From NCBI GenBank assembly GCA_018703155.1, contig JABJGS010000074.1, positions 11,878 to 75,877 on the forward strand: DNA of 64,000 nt. The letters are read 5' to 3'. The DNA comes from Francisellaceae bacterium (GTDB taxonomy: Bacteria > Pseudomonadota > Gammaproteobacteria > UBA6186 > Azoamicaceae). A model generated the notes under the pieces. It made no database searches. It was not told the origin of the DNA and saw only the letters and a program-made list of their open reading frames with translations. This document shows positions 46,572 through 57,383 of the stretch, piece after piece. Numbering within the stretch: position 1 is the stretch's first letter; each line of letters starts with the position of its first letter. The translations under genes were made by a program, and so were the position numbers.

Positions 46572-49508
46572 ATGGCAAAAGTTGGTGGAACACCAAGTGC
46601 AGATGCAGTTGAAGATCATAGTCCAGGTGCTGAAATAACTCCTAATACTGCTGATGGTCATAAAATTTCAGCTTCTGCTGTCGGCGATGTTCCTCATGGC
46701 GCTATTGATAGCCCTGTATCTTCTGTAGCAACACCCAATACTGTTGAAATCCCAGAAGTTGGTGTTACACCTGTAAATTTAAGAGCAGGCCCCTATGGCG
46801 TTGAAGTTTCTACCTGGGGTACGAATGCAGATGCAGGTAATGGCATGGTACATTATCTGGGAACTGAATTTTTTGGAGGGAACGTTGGGCATGCATCGAT
46901 TACAATGAAGGTGCCAGCAACTCCAGAATATAGAGACTTATTGGAAAAATATTGTGATGGAGATGATATTGAAAGGCCTGAAATACCATATAGATTAGTA
47001 ACTAAAGATGTGAAACAGTCTCAACGTAATGAAGATGGCTCATTTAGTGCATCAGAAGCAAATGCTTATACTGAAAGTTATTATGAAGTTTACTGGAGTT
47101 GGTGGCCAGGAAAAGAAAATAACCATGATGCATTTGCTATTTTTCGCCAAGAGGCTCCAGATGCAGAAGCAGACAATAAATCATCTTTTGTTTTAGTTGA
47201 CAGTGTAACTACTGATAGAGTAGCAGAGCGTGATGGAGTGCATTTCCCTGTGAGTGCAAAAGTTGCTGAACATTTTAATTTAGAGCAAAGAGTGCAGAGG
47301 GGGAAAATGGGTGGCAGAGTGGTAACACTAGCTCCTCAGGCAATAATACATCAGATGAATTTATCTGATGAAGATATGCATAAATTTCAAGTGGAAAGCA
47401 GTAAAGGTCTTTTTAGAGCACAGCAAGCATCGTTAGATGTATTGTTTGCCAAATTACATGGGCATGGATATCTATCTGATACAGAAAAAAATAACTGTAT
47501 AGAGGCTGAAGAGTTGTTAAATGTCTTAAGTACACCAAGTACACCTTCATATGACTTAACAAAAAAAAATGATGATGGCATAGATTTTGTTGATATTATT
47601 AAAGATAAACTAGGTACTCTCTTACCTGGATGGGAAGATAATATTGAAAATATGGAGGCAGTTACTCAAGAAGAAATGGATTTGCTATTGGAAGAGATTA
47701 AACTCGTTATTGAACTTAGTCCAAATCTACGAAAGGCAAAAATAGGCGAAACAGAGAAAATGTTACTTAATAGATTTTTAATTAGTAGTGATTTCAACTG
47801 GAGAGAACATGTAAAGAATCAAGATCAGATAACAGAAGCTGAATGTTTGCTATTAAAAAGTAAAGCTACCAAGGTTAGTAGCAAAGTTAATGAGAAGCTA
47901 ACCAGTCAAGTTCAGGCCTTGGAGGAAATAGAGCAAGCACAAATTGAAGAAAAGAAAAAAATGCTAAAATTGGCCTCGAAATATTTTAATCTTAAAGAAC
48001 AAGTGAACAATATTACTAGGCTAAAAGAAAATCTTCTAACAGAAGAAGATATAGAGCTTTTGAATGGACAGATAGCTGACCTGCTAGGGAGCGAGTGGCC
48101 AGATAGAGCAATGTTGGATATTAAGAGTGAAATTGTTGGAAATCTTGAAAATTTAAATATGCAAATAGAAGGGTTAAAAGAACAAGTCTCTGCTTATGAT
48201 TATAAAAAAGCACAAATAGATTACTTGCAAACCAGACAGAAAACAAAAAATAATATCATCCGGAAAATACAAAAAGCTAAAGGAGTTAGTATCGATTCTG
48301 ATGAGGACGAAGAGGAGGAGGAGGAGGAGGTAATACACATACCTGTTGAGCTTTCAGGGAGTTGGCAGTTAGAAGGTATTGTTCAAAAAAGTCTGAATTT
48401 AGAAGAGCAAATGTCAAGCCTTGCTGAGATGAGTGAATCACTTTCTTCCCTGAAAGAAATTATAGTAAAGCATAATGCATATAGTGTTGCTGAAAAAGAT
48501 AAAGCTCAGGATGCTCTTGATATTTTATCCGTGTTTGCTGATAGAGAGCCACCAATTCGAATGAAATACAATCAAAAAGAAGTTAAGGCGTTTTGTGACA
48601 TTTTAGATGAAATTGATGATGGTTGGGATTATGAGGGTACTAGTGCAGATGGCGGAGAAATTACTTCAGAAAAATTTGACATATTAAAAGGAAAAATATT
48701 GCATATTATTGAAGTAGAGCCATCAGCTGATGATTTGAAAGTTTTACCAGATGAAATTTCATATTTAGATAGATTATTTCCTAGTGATGTTGGTGGGTGG
48801 CGTGAAGAATTAAGTAACAGTCTTAATTTGAAAGCAGCAGGTGTCAATATTTTAAGAAATAAAGTTAATACAGAAGCAGGAATGAATGATGCAAACATAC
48901 TAAGTAACATAGAAAATAAAAAAAAGATAAAGCGACAAATAAACAAAATGAAGCAAAAGACCATTGATTTTTCCAGGCAGGTTGTACGTAACGAATGTGC
49001 TTTATATGAAGAGTTAAATGACATTCGAAAAATAATATCTATTTTAAATGCAGATGGAGATGTTTCACTATCAAAATCTCACATTAAAATTGTACAACCC
49101 CATATTCCTAAGTCGGCACGGCTCATGTTGGCTCCTGGTGACAAAATTGTAGGTGGAGATCTAGATATAATTAAAGGAAAGATGATAGATAGAGTCAATT
49201 CTATAGAAGATGCATTAGTGCACATCCATGATGATGTTCCTATGCATGTATATCATAAAGTGAAATATAGAGAGGCTAGTGATACCAAAAAACTGGATAA
49301 AGCTATATTAATGCTTGAAAATATTTTAGAGGAAAGTTCAGGGAAATTAGAAAATATAGTGAAGGGACCAGGTGATAAAAGAATTGAATATAAAATATTA
49401 CCTATTAATACTTTACAAGCTAAGGGTAGTAAAAATAAAAAAAACGAGGATTGCCTCAAATGGTTGAGAGACAAAATCCTGAATACACAGAACTATCTGA
49501 CACTTTGA
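46572..49508 (+). CDS. Large (978 aa from ATG 46572) protein of unknown function: N-terminal globular region + long coiled-coil-type region
   Basis: It is a very long open frame in AT-rich DNA. The N-terminal part has GGNVGHASITM and YYEVYWSWWPG motifs and an NNC motif. The remainder is K/E/L-rich with heptad-like character and an EDEEEEEEE tract. Confidence 0.7.
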   Translation: MAKVGGTPSADAVEDHSPGAEITPNTADGHKISASAVGDVPHGAIDSPVSSVATPNTVEIPEVGVTPVNLRAGPYGVEVSTWGTNADAGNGMVHYLGTEFFGGNVGHASITMKVPATPEYRDLLEKYCDGDDIERPEIPYRLVTKDVKQSQRNEDGSFSASEANAYTESYYEVYWSWWPGKENNHDAFAIFRQEAPDAEADNKSSFVLVDSVTTDRVAERDGVHFPVSAKVAEHFNLEQRVQRGKMGGRVVTLAPQAIIHQMNLSDEDMHKFQVESSKGLFRAQQASLDVLFAKLHGHGYLSDTEKNNCIEAEELLNVLSTPSTPSYDLTKKNDDGIDFVDIIKDKLGTLLPGWEDNIENMEAVTQEEMDLLLEEIKLVIELSPNLRKAKIGETEKMLLNRFLISSDFNWREHVKNQDQITEAECLLLKSKATKVSSKVNEKLTSQVQALEEIEQAQIEEKKKMLKLASKYFNLKEQVNNITRLKENLLTEEDIELLNGQIADLLGSEWPDRAMLDIKSEIVGNLENLNMQIEGLKEQVSAYDYKKAQIDYLQTRQKTKNNIIRKIQKAKGVSIDSDEDEEEEEEEVIHIPVELSGSWQLEGIVQKSLNLEEQMSSLAEMSESLSSLKEIIVKHNAYSVAEKDKAQDALDILSVFADREPPIRMKYNQKEVKAFCDILDEIDDGWDYEGTSADGGEITSEKFDILKGKILHIIEVEPSADDLKVLPDEISYLDRLFPSDVGGWREELSNSLNLKAAGVNILRNKVNTEAGMNDANILSNIENKKKIKRQINKMKQKTIDFSRQVVRNECALYEELNDIRKIISILNADGDVSLSKSHIKIVQPHIPKSARLMLAPGDKIVGGDLDIIKGKMIDRVNSIEDALVHIHDDVPMHVYHKVKYREASDTKKLDKAILMLENILEESSGKLENIVKGPGDKRIEYKILPINTLQAKGSKNKKNEDCLKWLRDKILNTQNYLTL
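49439..49445 (+). other. A_AAA_AAC heptamer within an A8 tract at the ORF junction (candidate -1 frameshift or slippage site)
   Basis: In the upstream frame the codons are AAA(49440) AAC(49443), preceded by A49439. The -1 frame is closed by TAA at 49436-49438 and opens exactly here. Confidence 0.35.
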
Positions 49509-50614
49509 AACATGTTTTACCAGATTGGAATAAACATGTTACCACACATAAAACTCGCGGTGACATACAAGAAATAACAGCAGAACAACTTGGAGAAATT
49601 TTAGCTCAAGTTAACTCTAAACGAGCGGTCATTACGTCAGGTCTTGATTCACTGAAAATAAATTATGAGAGTGCTCTATCTGAACTTGAAGAAAACATAG
49701 AGGTAGATATTGCAACATTGAAGAGACAAGAGCATGACTTGCATGCAGAGTTGCGCGTAATGGATAAATCCAAAAAAGTTGTAGCTAGTGAGTATATTAC
49801 TAGTGGACTTGCTCCAAGCAATGTCGTTGCCTTACCATTTGCAACAGCAGATAAAGAGGGAATGGACATAGAGGCCATGTTAAGAGAAATGCATGTCCTT
49901 GCTAGCGATGGTGAATTTGATTTAGCAGTAAATAATTGTTCAGTAACTACAGGTTCTATATTAGAAGCTGGTGCTCCAGAGCGTTTAAAGACATTTATGC
50001 GACAAAGAGCACTTGGAGCAATAAGTAATCCTCAAATAGTTCACAGTGGGGCTCGTGAACTTCAGTCTCATATAGTAAATAAAGATTCAGTTTCATTTGT
50101 TGAGAGAGTATCAAACTCTAATAATAATCCATTTAAAATGCTTGATGACTATGTTGGTAAGCAAATGCATAATCTTATGGATAAAAAGCAAGCACCAGGA
50201 ATAAAGAAAAAATCTGTTGCAATTTTAGTAGCGTTAGCATTGCCTATTGCTTTTGGAGTTAGTGTCCGTGCACTAGTTAATCCTGATTATAATATGAAGA
50301 GAGCTGCCAGTTGGATTAAATTTGTTAATTCAAAAGCAGGGAAAGGACATGGGTGGAGAGCACTTAAAGTTCTTAGTTATATTGCCGCTGGTATAGTTAC
50401 AATAATAGCCGTAGTACCTTGGGTAATTCAAAGAACAATGATCAGTCCATTAGTTAGTTTATTTAGTGGGAAGAGCAAGCTATCAGTTAGTAAAGTTATT
50501 GTGAGACTTAGTAAAGAGGGAGTTGATGATGTTGATATAGTGGAAACAGAGAATAACAATAGACTAAAATCAAAAATGAAAGAAATTAAAGGCATGTTTC
50601 CAGATTTGAAATGA
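49460..50614 (+). CDS. Protein of unknown function with NNC motif and C-terminal two-helix membrane hairpin; either a separate gene or the -1-frame continuation of the upstream ORF
   Basis: ATG 49460 follows a GAGGA element (49446-49450), and the frame is open from 49439. It has FDLAVNNCSVTTGSILEAG. Hydrophobic helices are SVAILVALALPIAFGVSV and VLSYIAAGIVTIIAVVPWVI. Confidence 0.65.
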   Translation: MVERQNPEYTELSDTLKHVLPDWNKHVTTHKTRGDIQEITAEQLGEILAQVNSKRAVITSGLDSLKINYESALSELEENIEVDIATLKRQEHDLHAELRVMDKSKKVVASEYITSGLAPSNVVALPFATADKEGMDIEAMLREMHVLASDGEFDLAVNNCSVTTGSILEAGAPERLKTFMRQRALGAISNPQIVHSGARELQSHIVNKDSVSFVERVSNSNNNPFKMLDDYVGKQMHNLMDKKQAPGIKKKSVAILVALALPIAFGVSVRALVNPDYNMKRAASWIKFVNSKAGKGHGWRALKVLSYIAAGIVTIIAVVPWVIQRTMISPLVSLFSGKSKLSVSKVIVRLSKEGVDDVDIVETENNNRLKSKMKEIKGMFPDLK

Positions 50615-51006
50615 AAAAAATATATGATGGTGAGCATGATGCAATACCACATTTTTCTGCAGTACAGCAAAAAGTGGTTGATAAATATTTAGATAGACAA
50701 AGTCTAGAAAGAAGAAAAGAGGTTGATGAATTATTTAATAACATATTAAGTCGAGCTAACTTGATCAGTCCAGGAAAATTAGAAAGGCCAAAAAAAATAA
50801 TAAAGCATGAAGGCAAATCAAGCTCTGCTCCAGCAGAAAAAGCTAAATCAATTAGTTCCAGTCACACTAACTCAGCTACAGCTACAGCTACAGCTACAGC
50901 TACAGCAGCAGCAGCAGCAGTAGCAGTAGATTTGACTATGAGATCTGAAGTGATATTGTACCTGGTATTAGAGCTGTATCTGCGGCGCGATCAGATGATC
51001 TTATAA
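50611..51006 (+). CDS. Small hypothetical protein with (Ala-Thr)n/(Ala)n tract
   Basis: The ATG overlaps the upstream stop (ATGA). The frame runs through a GCTACA/GCA repeat, and the sequence after the repeat looks non-protein-like (possible frame corruption). Confidence 0.4.
   Translation: MKKIYDGEHDAIPHFSAVQQKVVDKYLDRQSLERRKEVDELFNNILSRANLISPGKLERPKKIIKHEGKSSSAPAEKAKSISSSHTNSATATATATATAAAAAVAVDLTMRSEVILYLVLELYLRRDQMIL
50875..50919. repeat. (GCTACA)5 followed by (GCA)5 microsatellite
   Basis: Read directly: gctaca x5 (50875-50904), then gca x5 (50905-50919). Confidence 0.95.
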
Positions 51007-51608
51007 TTACTAGGCGATGGTGCAACACCAGGTATTGCTGAAAAAGTATTGTGTGAGCGAAATGAAATGACATTCCATGAGTCATAAGCTAATCCTGTTA
51101 CAGATAGTATGATAAGTGAATTTCCCAAAAGAACTGATGATAAGATTGAAGATAAAATAGCAGCAACAGTAGCAATAATTGTAGAGAAATGACCAGACAA
51201 AGAGTTTAATTTAAAATCTTTGAAAGATACTTATTTTGATATTAAAAGCCCTGCTCATGTTGAGTTCATTACTAAGGTTTGTGAAAAACTAAAAGAGCAA
51301 GATTATACTATTAAAGCCGGTAAGCCTTTTGCTAAGTCTCTAAGGGAACAAGAAACAAATAATTCAGAAAAAGTATACACTAGCTGCATTAAGAGGCTTA
51401 GAACTATATTGGTTAGGTCTACTAAACATTCAATGGGGAATGGAGGATAAGCACGTATTGTGTGATAAAACCAAATTTAGTAAGTATTAGATAGTATTTG
51501 ATACTTATAGGATCATAGCTGCTATGAAGAAATTATCGAATGGTCATACTATTCCTTTATTGTTTAATCAATAATTTTAATTAAACAACAAAGGAAAGTA
51601 CTATCATA

Positions 51609-53042
51609 TTATTTGTTAAGCTTACTTTTCAATAGTTCATTAACTTGGGCAGGATTTGCCTTACCTTTACTAACTTTCATAACTTGGCCAACAAAGAACC
51701 CAAAGAGCTTATCTTTTCCTGATTGATAATCAGCAAGTTGTCCTGGATTGTTGCTGATCACGTCATCAATAATTTTTTCAATAGCACCAGTATCAGTTAC
51801 TTGTTTTAAGCCTTTATCTTCAATAACCTTATCAACATCGCAAGGCTTTCTCCAAATATCTTCGAAGATAGTTTTTGCAATTTTACCTGAAATTGTTTTA
51901 TCAGCTATTCTAGCGACAAGTTTGCCAAGTTGTTGAGCAGGAATTGGACTTTCAGTAACAGAAAGATTTTCTTTATTTATGCTTGCAAGTAATTCGCCAG
52001 TTACCCAATTAGCAGATAATTTTGCTTCATGATTAGCATTTTTCACAACATCCTCATAATAATTAGCTAACTCTTTGGAGCTAGTGAGAACTTCAGCATC
52101 GTATTTACTTAAATTATAGTCTTTGATAAATCTATTGGTTTTTTGGGTTGGTAGTTCAGGCATAGATTTCTTAATAGTATTTATCATAGCTTCGGTAATT
52201 TCTAGTGGAAGTAAATCTGGATCAGGGAAATATCGATAATCATTGGCTTCTTCTTTTGCTCTCATCGAGCGAGTTTCATTTTTTACTGAGTCATATAGTC
52301 GAGTTTCTTGAACTATTTTGCCTCCAGATTCGATAACTGAAATTTGTCGTTTTACTTCGAAGTCGATAGCCTTTTCAACAAATTTAAATGAGTTAACATT
52401 TTTTATTTCAGCTCTAGTACCTAGTTCCTCTTGTCCTTGTGGGCGAACTGAAACGTTTGCATCACATCTAAAGGAGCCTTCTTGCATATTACCATCACAA
52501 ATATCTAGGTATTTCACTAGTGAGTGTAGAGTTTTCAGGTAAGCAACTGCTTCGCTTGATGAGCGCATCTCTGGCTCTGAAACAATTTCAAGCAATGGTG
52601 TACCAGCTCTATTTAAATCAATACCGGATAAACCTTGAAAATCCTCATGCATAGATTTTCCAGCATCTTCTTCAAGGTGTGCTCTAGTGAGATTTATTCT
52701 TTTGTCTACATCACCTATAGTAATATCTAAATGGCCATGGATAACGACAGGTAGTTCAAATTGTGATATTTGGTATCCTTTTGGTAAGTCAGGGTAGAAA
52801 TAATTTTTCCTTGCAAATACCGATTTAGGGGCAATATCTGCACCTACGGATAACCCAAATTTAATGGCCATATTTACCACTTCTTTATTTAATACTGGTA
52901 GTACTCCTGGGAAGCCTAAATCTATAATACAGGCTTGTGTATTAGGCTCTGCACCATAAGCTGTTGAGGCGCGTGAAAATATTTTTGATTCTGTTTTCAA
53001 TTGGACATGAACTTCAAGACCAATAACTGTTTCCCATTTCAT
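51609..53042 (-). CDS. gatB: Asp/Glu-tRNA amidotransferase subunit B
   Basis: It has [15 protein letters not shown], GatB blocks and a C-terminal YqeY-like domain. Confidence 0.97.
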   Translation of the reverse strand: MKWETVIGLEVHVQLKTESKIFSRASTAYGAEPNTQACIIDLGFPGVLPVLNKEVVNMAIKFGLSVGADIAPKSVFARKNYFYPDLPKGYQISQFELPVVIHGHLDITIGDVDKRINLTRAHLEEDAGKSMHEDFQGLSGIDLNRAGTPLLEIVSEPEMRSSSEAVAYLKTLHSLVKYLDICDGNMQEGSFRCDANVSVRPQGQEELGTRAEIKNVNSFKFVEKAIDFEVKRQISVIESGGKIVQETRLYDSVKNETRSMRAKEEANDYRYFPDPDLLPLEITEAMINTIKKSMPELPTQKTNRFIKDYNLSKYDAEVLTSSKELANYYEDVVKNANHEAKLSANWVTGELLASINKENLSVTESPIPAQQLGKLVARIADKTISGKIAKTIFEDIWRKPCDVDKVIEDKGLKQVTDTGAIEKIIDDVISNNPGQLADYQSGKDKLFGFFVGQVMKVSKGKANPAQVNELLKSKLNK

Positions 53043-53055
53043 GATTTTACCTCTA

Positions 53056-54507
53056 CTAAATAAGCTCTGGACATTGGTTATGCCAGGATGTGGCTAGCTG
53101 ATATTGATGTGCAGCTTGTAATACTTTTGCTTCCTCAAAGTTCTTGCCAATGATATGTAATCCCATTGGCAATTTATTAATAAGTCCACATGGTACTGAG
53201 ATGCCTGGAAGACCTGCAAGATTAGCACTACTGGTATACATATCATTTAAGTACATGCTAACAGGATCATCAGTTTTATCACCAATTTTAAATGCTGGTT
53301 CTGGTGTTGTAGGTCCGATGATAAGATCTACTTCAGTAAAAGCTTTCTTGAAGTCATCAGTAATTATTCGACGAACTTTTTGGGCTTTGAGATAATATGC
53401 ATCATAATACCCAGCAGATAGTACATAAGTTCCAATCATAATTCTTTTTTTGACTTCTTCACCAAATCCTTCAGTTCTAGTTTTTATATATAGCTCTTGA
53501 AGGTCTTTAATATCTGGGTGTCGATATCCAAATTTAATACCATCGTATCTAGCAAGGTTTGAAGAGCACTCAGCCGGGGCAATAATATAATATACAGGAA
53601 TCGACATATGCATATTAGGGAGGCTAATTCTTTTGATCTTTGCTCCCATATCTTCGAGGACTTTTACATTTTCTTCGATTAGTGCGGCGTTTTCTTCTGG
53701 CAAATCATCATTGAAAAATTCTTTTGGTAGACCGATCGTCAGACCTTTAATGCTGTCATGAATCTTTTCACTATACTTCGGTACTGGCGTGTTAAAACTA
53801 GTTGAATCTTTTTCGTCAAAACCGGACATATGTTCGAGTAACATAGCACAGTCTTCGGCGCTATGAGCTAAGACTCCAGCCTGATCTAAACTTGAAGCAA
53901 AAGCAATCATGCCAAATCTTGATACGCGACCATAACTAGGCTTTAATCCAGTGAGTCCACATAGTGAAGCAGGTTGTCGTACTGAGCCACCAGTATCGGT
54001 ACCTGTAGAGCATGGTGCTATACGTGCAGCAACTGCCGCAGCAGAACCGCCAGATGATCCACCTGGTACTCTTTCTAAATCCCATGGATTTTTCACAGGT
54101 CCATAAAAACTAGTTTCATTACTTGATCCCATGGCAAACTCATCCATGTTAGTTTTACCTAACATAACCATACCGCTGTCTTTTAGTTTCTGAGTGACAG
54201 TTGATTCATAAGGAGAGATGAAATTGTCTAGCATTTTTGAACCACAGCTAGACTTTATACCAGTAGTGCAAAAAATATCTTTGTGAGCAATTGGTATACC
54301 AGTTAATGATGTAGAATTACCAGAGCTTCTGGTTTTATCTGCATTTTGAGCAGCTTCTAAAGCTAATTTGTCTGTAACTGTTATAAATGCATTTAATTTA
54401 GCATCGTGCGTGTTAATTCTATCAAGGAAATGCTTGGTTAACTCTACGCTAGAGATTTTACCTTTACTTAATGCTTTAGATAATTCAGCTATAGTTTGAT
54501 TATGCAT
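53056..54507 (-). CDS. gatA: Glutamyl-tRNA(Gln) amidotransferase subunit A
   Basis: It has the amidase signature ([26 protein letters not shown]). Confidence 0.97.
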   Translation of the reverse strand: MHNQTIAELSKALSKGKISSVELTKHFLDRINTHDAKLNAFITVTDKLALEAAQNADKTRSSGNSTSLTGIPIAHKDIFCTTGIKSSCGSKMLDNFISPYESTVTQKLKDSGMVMLGKTNMDEFAMGSSNETSFYGPVKNPWDLERVPGGSSGGSAAAVAARIAPCSTGTDTGGSVRQPASLCGLTGLKPSYGRVSRFGMIAFASSLDQAGVLAHSAEDCAMLLEHMSGFDEKDSTSFNTPVPKYSEKIHDSIKGLTIGLPKEFFNDDLPEENAALIEENVKVLEDMGAKIKRISLPNMHMSIPVYYIIAPAECSSNLARYDGIKFGYRHPDIKDLQELYIKTRTEGFGEEVKKRIMIGTYVLSAGYYDAYYLKAQKVRRIITDDFKKAFTEVDLIIGPTTPEPAFKIGDKTDDPVSMYLNDMYTSSANLAGLPGISVPCGLINKLPMGLHIIGKNFEEAKVLQAAHQYQLATSWHNQCPELI

Positions 54508-54541
54508 GCTGCACCTCTAGTTTTTAATGTGTTCCGAAAGT

Positions 54542-54853
54542 TTACTCAATAACCTGTGGGACCAGGTAAAGACCAGCTTCTTTATTATCAGGGTTAACTA
54601 GCTCTTGTAGTCGGTCACGCATATTTGGCTCTATAGCTTTATCTTCAGCAAGGAATGTTGAGTTATCGAATGAGTGAGCCATTGGACTGACGTTGTTTGT
54701 GTCAACACTTTCAATTTGAGTTACTAGCTTAATTATGTTGTTTAGGTCGCTAGCCAATTTTTTTCGTTTACCCTGCTGGTCGTTATCAGCTAAGGGCAGG
54801 TGTAACCTAGCAAGGTTAGCGGTTTTAGTAAGATCATCATCTGATAGGGACAT
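54542..54853 (-). CDS. gatC: Asp/Glu-tRNA amidotransferase subunit C
   Basis: It has MSLSDDDLTKTANLARLHL... and lies upstream of gatA. The start is set at ATG 54853 rather than the GTG at 54892. Confidence 0.88.
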   Translation of the reverse strand: MSLSDDDLTKTANLARLHLPLADNDQQGKRKKLASDLNNIIKLVTQIESVDTNNVSPMAHSFDNSTFLAEDKAIEPNMRDRLQELVNPDNKEAGLYLVPQVIE

Positions 54854-54957
54854 CGCAACCTCGCATTTATAAGCATTAATTTTGAATGGCACATTACTTT
54901 AGCATATTTTATTAGCTAATTGTATTGCTAGAAGTCAAAGTGATTGGTAAAGTTTAG

Positions 54958-56879
<1,922 letters not shown>

Positions 56880-56887
<8 letters not shown>

Positions 56888-57383
56888 TAATAACAATTCA
56901 ATAAAATATTTTTATAGTATAGCTTCGGTAACTATCACTTTTTTATTAGTTCACTTACAGCTAAATTTTTCAACTAACATTCAAATTAATTTTGTTTTAC
57001 TTTCTGTTGTATATTGGGCCTTAGAAGAAAAAAAACCTATAATTGGTCCGATCTTCGCTTTTGTAATAGGATTGCTATTAGATTTAGTAACAGGGAAAAT
57101 ATTAGGAATGTCAGCTGGTATTTATGCCATTATTAGTTACATAGCAATTACATTAAGAATAAGTTTTTTTACTGGTAACGTTGTAAAAAGAATTGGTATT
57201 TTAGTGATGCTGTCTTTAAGTTATTTAATGATATCTTCATGGGAGTTGCATTTATTTTATCATGGAAATGTTGAGATAAGTTTTATTAAGAATGCATTTG
57301 CTAACTGTATGGTTTTCATTTTAGGATTTGCAATATTGGGAAAACTTGGCAATAGTTATTACAGCAGGACTATGCATGAGTGA
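56880..57383 (+). CDS. mreD: Rod shape-determining protein MreD
   Basis: It is a five-TM small protein directly after mreC, and its GTG start overlaps the mreC stop. Confidence 0.75.

Noticed and set aside
48296-48330. GAG/GAA trinucleotide run (EDEEEEEEE) in the giant ORF as a separate repeat feature
   Set aside because: It is short and imperfect and lies within a generally acidic coiled-coil region, so it is not distinctive enough to list as a feature.
50991-51200. 69-aa hydrophobic minus-strand ORF that could be a small membrane protein
   Set aside because: It has no convincing SD or start context and lies in a region that looks like decayed coding sequence. It cannot be supported from sequence alone, so it is left uncalled.
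51451-51608. Searched for a direct repeat of the tRNA-Glu 3' end (att-like island boundary) next to gatB
   Set aside because: No match to GGGGTTCGAATCCCCTTGGGGACGCCA or a substantial part of it is visible, so no integrase-type att boundary can be claimed.
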